Shown: positions 1 through 7,020 of the stretch, piece after piece
Position numbering within the stretch: position 1 is the first letter of the stretch
Layout: every line of letters starts with the position of its first letter
Assembly (NCBI GenBank): GCA_039630085.1
Contig: JBCNVM010000018.1
Location: 1 to 15,334 of the forward strand
DNA: 15,334 bases
Source: Candidatus Caldarchaeales archaeon
GTDB lineage: Archaea > Thermoproteota > Nitrososphaeria_A > Caldarchaeales > Calditenuaceae
Direction of reading: 5' to 3'
Notes under the pieces: model-generated
What the model was told of the DNA's origin: nothing
The model's database searches: none
Seen by the model: the letters and a program-made list of their open reading frames with translations, nothing else
Position numbers and translations under genes: made by a program

Positions 1-33
1 CATCTCATAGCCACGAGGTCGGTAATCGTTAAG

Positions 34-273
34 ATGGGTCAACGTAATAAAATCGTGATCGATGACGGTAAGCTTCCGGAGGGGATAAGGGCTGTTTTAG
101 TCGAAAGGGGGTTGATGAACGAGAACGGCTACTCCGTCTCCTTCCTCCAATTGCTCTACAGGATCTCGAAAATTCCTAAGCGTCCAGTGCGTCGCATCGC
201 GTCGAGGATCTGCCCATTCTGCCTATCGTATCCATCGGACTATGTGAAGTGCTATGGTGATGGAAATGGCTGA
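34..273 (+). CDS. hypothetical small protein (79 aa from the first ATG). The frame is open back to nt 1, so this may be the C-terminus of a longer protein.
   Basis: ORF track. I found no stop in this frame between nt 1 and 33. Cys-containing tail RICPFC...KCYGDG. Third-position usage is more A/T-rich (aaa, att, gat, tat, tta) than in the core genes. Confidence 0.4.
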   Translation: MGQRNKIVIDDGKLPEGIRAVLVERGLMNENGYSVSFLQLLYRISKIPKRPVRRIASRICPFCLSYPSDYVKCYGDGNG

Positions 274-341
274 TGAGTCGATTGAAGAGAGGAGTGAGTT
301 AGATATCAGGAGGCTCTAAGGGAGATAGCCGAAGGTAGCCC

Positions 342-347
342 AAAAAA
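342..347 (-). terminator. oligo-T run (T6 on the minus strand) inside a GGTAGC...GCTACC inverted repeat; candidate archaeal terminator for minus-strand transcription coming from the tRNA-like gene
   Basis: The plus strand reads ggtagcccaaaaaagggcgcgctacc (334-359), so the minus strand reads GGTAGCGCGCCCTTTTTTGGGCTACC. Oligo-T tracts are the known archaeal termination signal. Confidence 0.3.
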
Positions 348-396
348 GGGCGCGCTACCACGAGACAGGTCTCGGGCCGAATTATTGTAACTCTAC

Positions 397-401
397 TTTT
401 T
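397..401 (+). terminator. oligo-T run (T5) downstream of ORF 34-273; candidate terminator
   Basis: ctctactttttggc on the plus strand, with no ORF following. Confidence 0.25.
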
Positions 402-620
402 GGCTAGAGACCAGACCTGATCCAATTCCGCCTTATATCGATCGGCAACTTACTCGCCTAGAATCACCTTAAGTCCAGATCACACCGTTCGGAGCTATTG
501 GGATCCTTCGCCTTTAGCTTACCGTTACTGATCCCGGGGCTTACGATCCGTTCAGCTGAAACCTGAGGAAACGTTCTACGTGCACCTTCCAGAGTTGACG
601 CCAAGGACTTCGGAATCACA

Positions 621-692
621 GCCCCGGGGGCAGTTCCGCATCTCGCCCGCCGACTTACGAGGTCGGCGCTCTACTCGCTGAGCTACCGGGGC
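621..692 (-). tRNA. tRNA-Thr(CGU)-like gene of canonical 72-nt length with aberrant D-loop and T-arm (possible pseudogene or non-canonical tRNA)
   Basis: The minus strand reads GCCCCGG TA GCTC AGCGAGTA GAGC G CCGAC CTCGTAA GTCGG CGGGC GAGATGCGGAACTGCCC CCGGGGC. The 7-bp acceptor, 4-bp D stem, 5-bp anticodon stem and loop with U33 and anticodon CGT are all perfect. The D-loop lacks the GG dinucleotide, and the 17 nt at the T-arm position have neither the GTTCRAATC loop nor a 5-bp stem. A TATA-like GAAATA lies 25 nt upstream. Confidence 0.5.
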
Positions 693-716
693 TCACGATC
701 TTTCACCCCCTAGCGC

Positions 717-722
717 TATTTC
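717..722 (-). promoter_or_regulatory. TATA-like box (GAAATA on the minus strand) about 25 nt upstream of the tRNA-like gene 5' end
   Basis: Plus-strand tatttc at 717-722. The spacing to nt 692 matches the archaeal TATA-to-TSS distance. Confidence 0.4.
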
Positions 723-751
723 AAGGTCTCAGCCCGGAAGCCCGGAAAGGC

Positions 752-757
752 GTAAAT
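752..757 (+). promoter_or_regulatory. TATA-like box (GCGTAAAT context) for ORF 784-1077
   Basis: gtaaat ends 27 nt before TTG 784. The same AGCGTAAAT context recurs upstream of ahcY. Confidence 0.45.
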
Positions 758-783
758 GTCCCGGAGGCCGTCTGCGGGCGGCG

Positions 784-1077
784 TTGCGGATGAACCTCTC
801 AGTTAACCTCTCCGAGCTGAAGAGGATAGCGAAGGAGCTCTTCTTCGGAGCCTTCATCTTCGCGCTCTACCAGCAGGTCATCCACACCAAAGTGAAGTAC
901 GAGGACACCTTCTACGCCCTCCTGTTCGCGGAGTTCCTCGGCTTCCCGATGACGAGCAACTACTACACCATCAGGCTGCTGCCCTACGTCGCGATGGAGC
1001 TCGAGAGGTACAGGAAGAAGCTCCTGAGGGACGTTGACCTGCTGGAGCTGCTCCACGAGGGGCCGGGCGTCCACTAG
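784..1077 (+). CDS. hypothetical small protein (97 aa), hydrophobic N-terminal half and charged helical C-terminus
   Basis: ORF track. Host-like G/C-ending codons with AGG/AAG usage. The overlapping minus ORF 799-1074 has an antisense-type composition. TATA-like box at -27. An alternative ATG lies at 790. Confidence 0.6.
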   Translation: MRMNLSVNLSELKRIAKELFFGAFIFALYQQVIHTKVKYEDTFYALLFAEFLGFPMTSNYYTIRLLPYVAMELERYRKKLLRDVDLLELLHEGPGVH

Positions 1078-1093
1078 GTTCCCTCCGGGAAGC

Positions 1094-1100
1094 GTAAATA
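1094..1100 (+). promoter_or_regulatory. TATA-like box (AGCGTAAATA) for ahcY
   Basis: Ends 24 nt before the in-frame GTG at 1124. Confidence 0.45.
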
Positions 1101-1123
1101 CTTCAGGGGATCGATGCCGTCGC

Positions 1124-2446
1124 GTGGACAGGACCAGAAGCTACTGGGTCAGGGACGTCGGCCTCGCGGCCGAGGGCAGGAGGAGGATCGCGTGGGCGGA
1201 GCAGAGGATGCCGGTGGTCGGGGCGATCAGGAGGAGGTTCGAGTCGGATAGGCCGCTGAGGGGCCTCAAGGTTGCCGCGTGCCTCCACGTAACCAAGGAG
1301 ACCGCAGCCCTGGTGAGGGCCCTCCTCGCAGGAGGGGCCGAGGTCTCGCTCTGCGCCTCCAACCCGCTCAGCACGCAGGACGAAGTCGCCGCCGCGCTCG
1401 TCGAGGAAGGAGTCTCGGTCCACGCGTTCCGGGGGATGTCCGAGTCTGAATACTACGAGTGCATAGGGAGGGCGCTCTCGATAGGGCCCGACGTGACGGT
1501 CGACGACGGCGCGGACCTGACGGTCACGGTCCACAAGATCGCCCACCGCGTCGGCGGCCCCGAGCTCGACCACGTGAGGAGGGGGATGGGCGACGGAGCC
1601 CTGGACGCGGGGAGGATAAGGGGAGGGACCGAGGAGACGACGACCGGCGTGACGAGGCTGAGGGCCCTCGAGAGGGAGGGCAGGCTCCTCTATCCAATCA
1701 TAGCGGTCAACGACAGCCCCACGAAGTCCCTCTTCGACAACCCTCTGGGCACGGGCCAGTCGACGATTGACGCGATCATGAGGTCCACCGGTATGCTCCT
1801 CGCGGGGAAGAGGTTCGTTGTCTTCGGGTACGGCAGGGTCGGGTCTGGCATAGCCGCGAGGGCGAGGGGGATGGGCGCGGAGGTGATCGTCGTCGAGGTG
1901 GACCCCGTGAGGGCCCTGATGGCCGCGATGGAGGGCTACAGGGTGATGAGCTCGCTGGAGGCCGCGAGGGTGGGAGACGTCTTCGTCACCGCCACCGGGA
2001 ACATCAGCGTGATCAGGAGGGAGCACGTGGAGCTGATGAAGGACGGAGCCGTTCTGGCCAACTCGGGCCACTACGACGTCGAGATCTCCCTGAGGGACCT
2101 CAGGTCCCTAGCCGAGGGAGTGGAGGAGGTCTCGCCGAACGTCGAGAGGTACAGGATGAGGGACGGCCGGAGCATCTACCTATTGGCCAAGGGGAGGCTC
2201 GTGAACTTGGTCGCGGCCGAGGGTCATCCCTCGGAGGTGATGGACCTGAGCTTCTCGCTCCAAGCCCTCTCGGTCGAGCTGATCGCGAGGGAGGGCAGGA
2301 AGTTGCCGGTGAAGGTGCTCGACGTTCCCGCGGAGGTCGACAGGGGCGTCGCTAGGATGAAGCTCGAGTCGATGGGGATACGGATAGACGAGATGACAGA
2401 GGAGCAGAGGAGGTACGTCGCCGAGTGGAGGCTCGGGACCTCCTGA
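1124..2446 (+). CDS. ahcY: adenosylhomocysteinase (S-adenosyl-L-homocysteine hydrolase)
   Basis: Motifs HVTKETAALV, NPLSTQDEVAAAL, EETTTGVTRL and the NAD fold VFGYGRVGSGIA. The track start TTG 1034 overlaps the upstream ORF. The in-frame GTG at 1124 gives MDRTRSYWVRDVGLAAEGRRRIAWAEQRMPV, a typical AhcY N-terminus. Confidence 0.9.
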   Translation: MDRTRSYWVRDVGLAAEGRRRIAWAEQRMPVVGAIRRRFESDRPLRGLKVAACLHVTKETAALVRALLAGGAEVSLCASNPLSTQDEVAAALVEEGVSVHAFRGMSESEYYECIGRALSIGPDVTVDDGADLTVTVHKIAHRVGGPELDHVRRGMGDGALDAGRIRGGTEETTTGVTRLRALEREGRLLYPIIAVNDSPTKSLFDNPLGTGQSTIDAIMRSTGMLLAGKRFVVFGYGRVGSGIAARARGMGAEVIVVEVDPVRALMAAMEGYRVMSSLEAARVGDVFVTATGNISVIRREHVELMKDGAVLANSGHYDVEISLRDLRSLAEGVEEVSPNVERYRMRDGRSIYLLAKGRLVNLVAAEGHPSEVMDLSFSLQALSVELIAREGRKLPVKVLDVPAEVDRGVARMKLESMGIRIDEMTEEQRRYVAEWRLGTS

Positions 2447-2461
2447 CCCTTCAGCGCCGGT

Positions 2462-3190
2462 TCAGGTCTTCTTCTTCCTCCCCGTCCTCCTGGCCGCGAT
2501 CAGCCCGATCTTCTGGCCCGGCGGCGCGTTCCTGTCCACGGGCTCCGGCCTGCTCAGCTTGCCTCCCGATCCTCCGCCGAACGGGTGCTTGACCGGCTGC
2601 ATCGCCACGCCCCTGACCCTGGGCCAGGTGCCGAGCCTGTGCTTCGCCTTCATCCAGTGGAACTTCTTCCCAGCCTTGAGGAACGGCTTGTCCTCCCTCC
2701 CGGACCCCGCGACGACCCCGACGATCGCGAAGCACCTGCTGTCCAACTCCTTCAGCTTCCTCGAGGGCATCCTGACTATCGACGTTTCGCCCGCGTGTGA
2801 GACGACCTCTGCGTAGGCGCCGGAGCTCCTGACCAGCTTGCCTCCGTCTCCGGGCCTAAGCTCGACGCACGAGACCGACTGGCCCTCCGGGACCGAGCCG
2901 ATGGGGACGATGTTGCCGACCGACGGTTGAGCCCTCAGCCCGGCCTCGACGACCTGTCCGACGTGGAGGCCCATCACCGCGGGGACGTAGAACGTGTGGT
3001 CGTCCATCTCGATCTCGGCTACCGGGTAACCTCTCCCGGGGTCGTGGTGGAGCTCGACGACCCTGCCCCTGACGACGTCGGCGTTCGCGAAGAGCGCGGT
3101 GGGGTAGCCCAGGGCGAACTTCCTCTGGATGCTGGCGACGTAGACCGGCGACCCGAGGCCTATCCTCTGGGCCCTCGTCCTCTTCGGCAA
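2462..3190 (-). CDS. rpl2: 50S ribosomal protein uL2
   Basis: 242 aa. N-terminus (M)PKRTRAQRIGLGSPVY aligns with archaeal MGKR..QRxGxGxP.Y. Conserved MQPVKHPFGGGSGGK. TTG start preceded by GGAGGTG. Confidence 0.93.
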   Translation of the reverse strand: MPKRTRAQRIGLGSPVYVASIQRKFALGYPTALFANADVVRGRVVELHHDPGRGYPVAEIEMDDHTFYVPAVMGLHVGQVVEAGLRAQPSVGNIVPIGSVPEGQSVSCVELRPGDGGKLVRSSGAYAEVVSHAGETSIVRMPSRKLKELDSRCFAIVGVVAGSGREDKPFLKAGKKFHWMKAKHRLGTWPRVRGVAMQPVKHPFGGGSGGKLSRPEPVDRNAPPGQKIGLIAARRTGRKKKT

Positions 3191-3555
3191 TTTAGACCAC
3201 CTCCTCTGGCGCCGAGCCGCCCGAGAGGGGCCTCTCCGCGACCCTATCCTCCGGCCTCGTCGTCGGGTCGGGCCCGTCGAAGTCCGCCGCGAAGTCCATC
3301 ATGGCATACCGCTCTCGGAGCCTCGTGAAAAGCCTAACCTCGCCCCGATCCCTCCAGCGTCCCTCGACCGGCCCAGCGTCTAGGACGGAGCCCGGGGTCG
3401 ATCCCGGTCACCCGGCGAGCGAGGCGAGGCGGGAGTTCGAGGCCGAGATCAAGGATCTGAGGGCGATGGTGATCACGATCAGAGGGTCCACGGCAGTCGC
3501 GGCTGCGTCGATCGGGGCGATAGTCCTCTCATCGGTCCTCCTCGGCAGACCGGGG

Positions 3556-3816
3556 TCAGATTATCCCGAGCCTCGTCGCCAGCTCGGAGGCCTTGTGCTC
3601 AGGCTTCAGCCTGACGAAGGCCTTCTTCTCGCCGTACGGCGTGATCAGCGTGTTCACCCTCTCCACCTTGACGCCGTAGAGCCTCTCGACGGCCCTCTTC
3701 ACGTCGGCCTTGGTGGCCTCTGGCCTGACGATGAAGGTCAGTTTGTTCTCCCTCTCGATCAGGTAGACGGCGTCCTGCGTCGTGACGACCGAGACTATCA
3801 CGTCATTCGGGTCCAT
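3556..3816 (-). CDS. rpl23: 50S ribosomal protein uL23
   Basis: 86 aa with KxFVRLK-type C-terminal region. Position between rpl4 and rpl2. Its ATG overlaps the rpl4 3' end by 14 nt. Confidence 0.88.
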   Translation of the reverse strand: MDPNDVIVSVVTTQDAVYLIERENKLTFIVRPEATKADVKRAVERLYGVKVERVNTLITPYGEKKAFVRLKPEHKASELATRLGII

Positions 3817-4633
3817 GTCTCCCGAACCTCCTCTCGAGCTCGGAGAGGGCGGAGACCGTGTAGACCGTCAGCCTGCCCGGGTGGCCTCCGGGAGCGAGGT
3901 GGAGGACGCTCAGGTCCTTAGCTAGCACCACGTCGACGCCAGGGAGGTTGCGCGCGGCCCTCGAGACGCCCGAGTCCCTCGCCACGACGATCAGCGGCCC
4001 GACCTTCCCCTTGTAGGTCCTCCCCCTCCTCTTCCCCTTCCCGGCCCTGACCTTCCGCTCGGAGGCCCTCTCGAGCTCCTCGGCCAGACCGAGGCCCACG
4101 AGGAACCTCCTGAGCTCGGAGCTTTTGCTGACCGACTCGAGGCCGTCCTCCACGACGACCGGCAGCTCCATGCCCTCCGGGACCCTGTGGCCCCTCCTCC
4201 TGACGCTTCCGGCGTCGGCGGTGAAGGCGATGGCGGCGACCGTCGCGGCCGCCCTCTCCTTCCTGTTCAGCTCCTTCCTGAGGACCTTCTCGGGGACGGG
4301 CGGGTGCGTCGGCCTCCCTCCGACCGCGGACGGAACCCAGCCTCCCGCCCTGCTCTTCCCTGTGCCCGAGGCCATGATCCTCGCGATCCTCGCGATGCCC
4401 AGCCCGACTCCGAGCGACCTGGCGGAGTACTTCGCGGCGGAGCCCTTCCACGCGCCCTTCGGCTGGAGCTCGTGGGTCATCAGGTGTACGGAGGCCCTCC
4501 TGACCAGGTCCTCCCTGAGGTCCGCGCGGAACGGCCACGGCAGCTCGACCTCTCCGACCCTCTCGCCTGCCAGCGAGTAGACCGGGACCCTCCTGACCTC
4601 CTCCCTCGCGAGGGCCCTCTGGGCGACGGTCAC
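3803..4633 (-). CDS. rpl4: 50S ribosomal protein uL4
   Basis: 276 aa. GTG start overlaps the rpl3 stop (GTGA). Archaeal uL4-like VPVYSLAGE...ELP...F and an RRGRTYKGK basic loop. Confidence 0.9.
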   Translation of the reverse strand: MTVAQRALAREEVRRVPVYSLAGERVGEVELPWPFRADLREDLVRRASVHLMTHELQPKGAWKGSAAKYSARSLGVGLGIARIARIMASGTGKSRAGGWVPSAVGGRPTHPPVPEKVLRKELNRKERAAATVAAIAFTADAGSVRRRGHRVPEGMELPVVVEDGLESVSKSSELRRFLVGLGLAEELERASERKVRAGKGKRRGRTYKGKVGPLIVVARDSGVSRAARNLPGVDVVLAKDLSVLHLAPGGHPGRLTVYTVSALSELERRFGRHGPE

Positions 4634-5640
4634 GCAGTTGTCACCTCCAAGACCCGGTCGCTGAAGAGGATCGAGGTGACCTTGGGCGCTCCGAGCTTGT
4701 ACGTCGGCGGCTTCGCCGGCTCCCTCAGCAGTATCGGCCTCTTGGGCTGCCCCATGACCGAGCCCAGGAGGACCGCGACCGGAGACCTCAGGACGGTGAA
4801 GTGCGGGAACCCGCCGGGCGGCGTCAGGGAGGACCCTTCCTGGATCACGGCCATCAGCCTCTTGTTGTGCTCGGTCCGGGCGTGGAAGCCGTACTGGCCC
4901 GCCCTCGGGACGAACCTCGTCACGTACTTGGGCTTCCTGCCGCCTATCGCCCCGACCGCCCTCCTCGTCTTCCTCTGCTTCCTCGGGAGGACCTTGACGC
5001 CGTGCCTCGCGACGACGCCGGTGAACCCGTGGCCCTTCGTGACGCCGATCACGTCGACGAACTGTCCGGGCGAGAAGACGGAGCCGACGTCGACCCTCTG
5101 GCCCATCAGCTCCCTCAGGAACCGGTAGGCGTCCTCCGGCGAGCCCGAGACCCCGACCTCCAGCACGAGTGGAGTCTTCTGCTCGAGCCCCGCCTCCCTA
5201 GGCACCGACGCGACGATCGCCCTCACCTCGGTCGCCCTCCGGAGCGCCGTCTCGAACTCCGACGCGTCCCCGGCTCCGGCCCTGATCCCCCTAATCCTCT
5301 CCATGAACGGCGGGAGGTCCTTCGCGATGACCCTCTGGGCCTCCTGGGGCTCGCCGTTTCCGTCCGGCACCAGCACCTTCGCGCCTATCACGTAGTTCGG
5401 GGGCGCGGCGATCACCGTCGCGTGCCTCGCGACCTCGGTGCCCTTCGTCAGCGAACCGGGGACATCGTCGACGTACCTGACCATCACCGACCCGGCCTTG
5501 TACCCGAGGAAGCCCAGCAGCTTCGGCCTATCGGTCTGGCTGGGCCAGAACTCGGGGACCGGGACTATGTCGTCGGCCCTCCTCCTCGGCGAGTACGCCC
5601 GCGACCCGCGCCTCGGCGCAGACCACTTCCGGTGGCCCAT
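4630..5640 (-). CDS. rpl3: 50S ribosomal protein uL3
   Basis: 336 aa. N-terminus MGHRKWSAPRRGSRAYSPRRRA is the archaeal uL3 signature. First gene of the cluster, with GGAGG 8 nt upstream of the ATG. Confidence 0.93.
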   Translation of the reverse strand: MGHRKWSAPRRGSRAYSPRRRADDIVPVPEFWPSQTDRPKLLGFLGYKAGSVMVRYVDDVPGSLTKGTEVARHATVIAAPPNYVIGAKVLVPDGNGEPQEAQRVIAKDLPPFMERIRGIRAGAGDASEFETALRRATEVRAIVASVPREAGLEQKTPLVLEVGVSGSPEDAYRFLRELMGQRVDVGSVFSPGQFVDVIGVTKGHGFTGVVARHGVKVLPRKQRKTRRAVGAIGGRKPKYVTRFVPRAGQYGFHARTEHNKRLMAVIQEGSSLTPPGGFPHFTVLRSPVAVLLGSVMGQPKRPILLREPAKPPTYKLGAPKVTSILFSDRVLEVTTA

Positions 5641-5672
5641 GGTGCTATCCTCCGAGTCTCTGGGCGCCTTCT

Positions 5673-5679
5673 CTTATAC
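5673..5679 (-). promoter_or_regulatory. TATA-like box (GTATAAG on the minus strand) upstream of rpl3
   Basis: Plus-strand cttatac. About 33 nt upstream of the rpl3 ATG at 5640. Confidence 0.4.
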
Positions 5680-5755
5680 CCGTAACCCCGAGGCCCTCGA
5701 CCAGCCTCCGCTCGGTCCGAAACCGATAAGCGTAGGCAGGTCGGGTCATCTGGCG

Positions 5756-6247
5756 GTGTCGCAGGCGGTATCGTTCGAGAGGCTCCTCATGACGGACAGG
5801 ATGAAGAGGGTCCTCTTCGCGGAACTGATCGCCTCTACGGCGCTGGTCGCAGCCCTGATGGCCGCGGTGAACCGCCTGCCCCTCGAGGGAGCTGTGGTCG
5901 GGGGAGTCGTCGCGACCGCGGTGGCCGTCGTCTGGGCGAGGTGGGAGGCGCGGAGGAGGCTGAGGAGGCTCACGACTGCCACGGTCGTCAGGACGATCCT
6001 CACTCAGAGGCGCGACCACCGTCACCCTCCGGTCCCCTTCGGACCTTTCATCCACCCATACGTCCAGCCCCTTAGGGGGTACGTGGTGGAGGCGATGACC
6101 AGGAGCGGCCCGATCAGGTACGTGGACCACGAGCCGAGGTCGGAGGGAGAGAAGGTCCTCCTGCTACTGGACGGGAGGGGCAGGGTGCTCGCGGCCTCTA
6201 GGGCAGGCGACGGCGTCAGGTTGGACCTGCTCTTGAGGCTGGGGTAG
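5756..6247 (+). CDS. hypothetical membrane protein (two predicted N-terminal TM helices plus a soluble C-terminal domain)
   Basis: The 3' part of track ORF 5438-6247; the 5' part is antisense to rpl3. The hydrophobic stretches VLFAELIASTALVAALMAAV and AVVGGVVATAVAVVWA are visible. GTG 5756 lies 26 nt after the GATAAG box. Alternative ATGs at 5789 and 5801. Confidence 0.55.
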   Translation: MSQAVSFERLLMTDRMKRVLFAELIASTALVAALMAAVNRLPLEGAVVGGVVATAVAVVWARWEARRRLRRLTTATVVRTILTQRRDHRHPPVPFGPFIHPYVQPLRGYVVEAMTRSGPIRYVDHEPRSEGEKVLLLLDGRGRVLAASRAGDGVRLDLLLRLG

Positions 6248-6965
6248 ACCTCGCGGCCGAGATCAGGCTAAGAGGGTGGACGAGGTTCTCGTAGAGGACC
6301 CTTCCGAGGATCACCCCCCTCACGCCCGTCGAGCAGAGGGCCTTCACGTGCTCGACCGCGGAGACGCCGCCGCTCACGTAGGTCCTGCTGAGCCGCTCGG
6401 GTCCGAGCTCCGAGAGCGTCTCGAGGTCCGGGCCGAGGAGCGTCCCGTCCCTGAAGGTCGAGGTCGCCAGAACGTACCTGATCGAGAGCCTCGAGACCAG
6501 CTCGTAGCCCCTGATCAGGTCGATCCCGGCGTGGGAGCTCCATCCCCTGATCAGCACCCTTCCCTGGCGGTCGTAGTCGAGGGCCGCGACGAACCTCTCC
6601 GGCGAGTGCTCCCTCACCAGCGACTCCACGAGCTCCGGCTCCGTGAAGACCAGCGTCCCGAGCACGACCCTGTCGGCCCCGAGGGAGAGGACCTCCTCGA
6701 TCGAGTCCCTGTCCCTCATGCCGCCTCCGACCTGAAACCTGACGCCCTTCACCTCCTGGATCATCCTCCTGATCAGGTCCGAGTTCTCGCCCCGACCCAT
6801 CGCCCTGTCGAGGTCCACCAGGTGGATTCCGTCGAAGCCGTAGCCGACGAGCCTCCTCGCGACCTGCACCGGGTTGGTGGAGTAGACGATCGCGTTGCTG
6901 ACCTCGCCCTTCACGAGCCTCACCACGTTCCCCTCGAGTATGTCGATGGAAGCCCAGACCTCCAT
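6216..6965 (-). CDS. hisA: HisA-like ProFAR isomerase (HisA/HisF TIM-barrel family)
   Basis: 249 aa. ASIDILEGNVVRLVKGE, HLVDLDRAMG, QVGGGMR and SGGVS phosphate-binding motifs typical of HisA. Confidence 0.75.
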   Translation of the reverse strand: MEVWASIDILEGNVVRLVKGEVSNAIVYSTNPVQVARRLVGYGFDGIHLVDLDRAMGRGENSDLIRRMIQEVKGVRFQVGGGMRDRDSIEEVLSLGADRVVLGTLVFTEPELVESLVREHSPERFVAALDYDRQGRVLIRGWSSHAGIDLIRGYELVSRLSIRYVLATSTFRDGTLLGPDLETLSELGPERLSRTYVSGGVSAVEHVKALCSTGVRGVILGRVLYENLVHPLSLISAARSTPASRAGPT

Positions 6966-6987
6966 CCGACCGCATTCCGAGCCTCCT

Positions 6988-6995
6988 CTTAATAG
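6988..6995. promoter_or_regulatory. single A/T-rich box (CTTAATAG) shared by divergent hisA and the 5-FTHF cyclo-ligase-like gene
   Basis: 23 nt from the hisA ATG (6965) and 26 nt from TTG 7021. It is the only A/T-rich element in the 55-bp intergenic region. Confidence 0.45.
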
Positions 6996-7020
6996 CGATC
7001 AGTCCCGCGGAGGAGCGAAG

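Noticed and set aside
566-574. GAGGAAACG resembling the RNase P RNA CR-I element (GAGGAAAGUCC); SRP-RNA-like CAGGTCTGG on the minus strand near 405-415
   Set aside because: Only partial matches. None of the other conserved RNase P or SRP RNA elements could be found nearby.
1034-1123. Track N-terminal extensions (ahcY from 1034; 5438-5755; 6895-7020; 8330-8662)
   Set aside because: The extensions overlap neighbouring genes or their promoters and add non-homologous residues. Internal starts fit family N-termini and the TATA spacing rule.
1103-2071. 322-aa minus-strand ORF (also 1141-1374 minus and 1459-1770 plus) overlapping ahcY
   Set aside because: Antisense or alternate-frame shadow of a strongly supported gene. 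The Arg/Pro/Gly/His-rich low-complexity translation is typical of non-coding frames in high-GC DNA.
3479-3533. Possible C/D-box sRNA in the rpl23-rpl2 spacer (minus strand CGAUGAG ... CUGA, about 55 nt)
   Set aside because: The C box does not match RUGAUGA. There are no recognisable internal D'/C' boxes and no terminal stem. Too weak to call without a covariance scan.
2559-5685. Plus-strand and alternate minus ORFs across the ribosomal cluster (2559-2816, 2585-2800, 2927-3328, 3301-3921, 3918-4538, 4125-4580, 4187-5128, 4801-5685)
   Set aside because: All overlap rpl2, rpl23, rpl4 or rpl3 in other frames. ORF 3301-3921 does cover the odd spacer, but it would have to run antisense through all of rpl23.
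6216-6247. Convergent coding overlaps (membrane protein/hisA 32 nt; alaX/CitE-like 9147-9163, 17 nt)
   Set aside because: Short 3' overlaps of convergent genes are common in compact archaeal genomes. Nothing further is unusual in the sequence.
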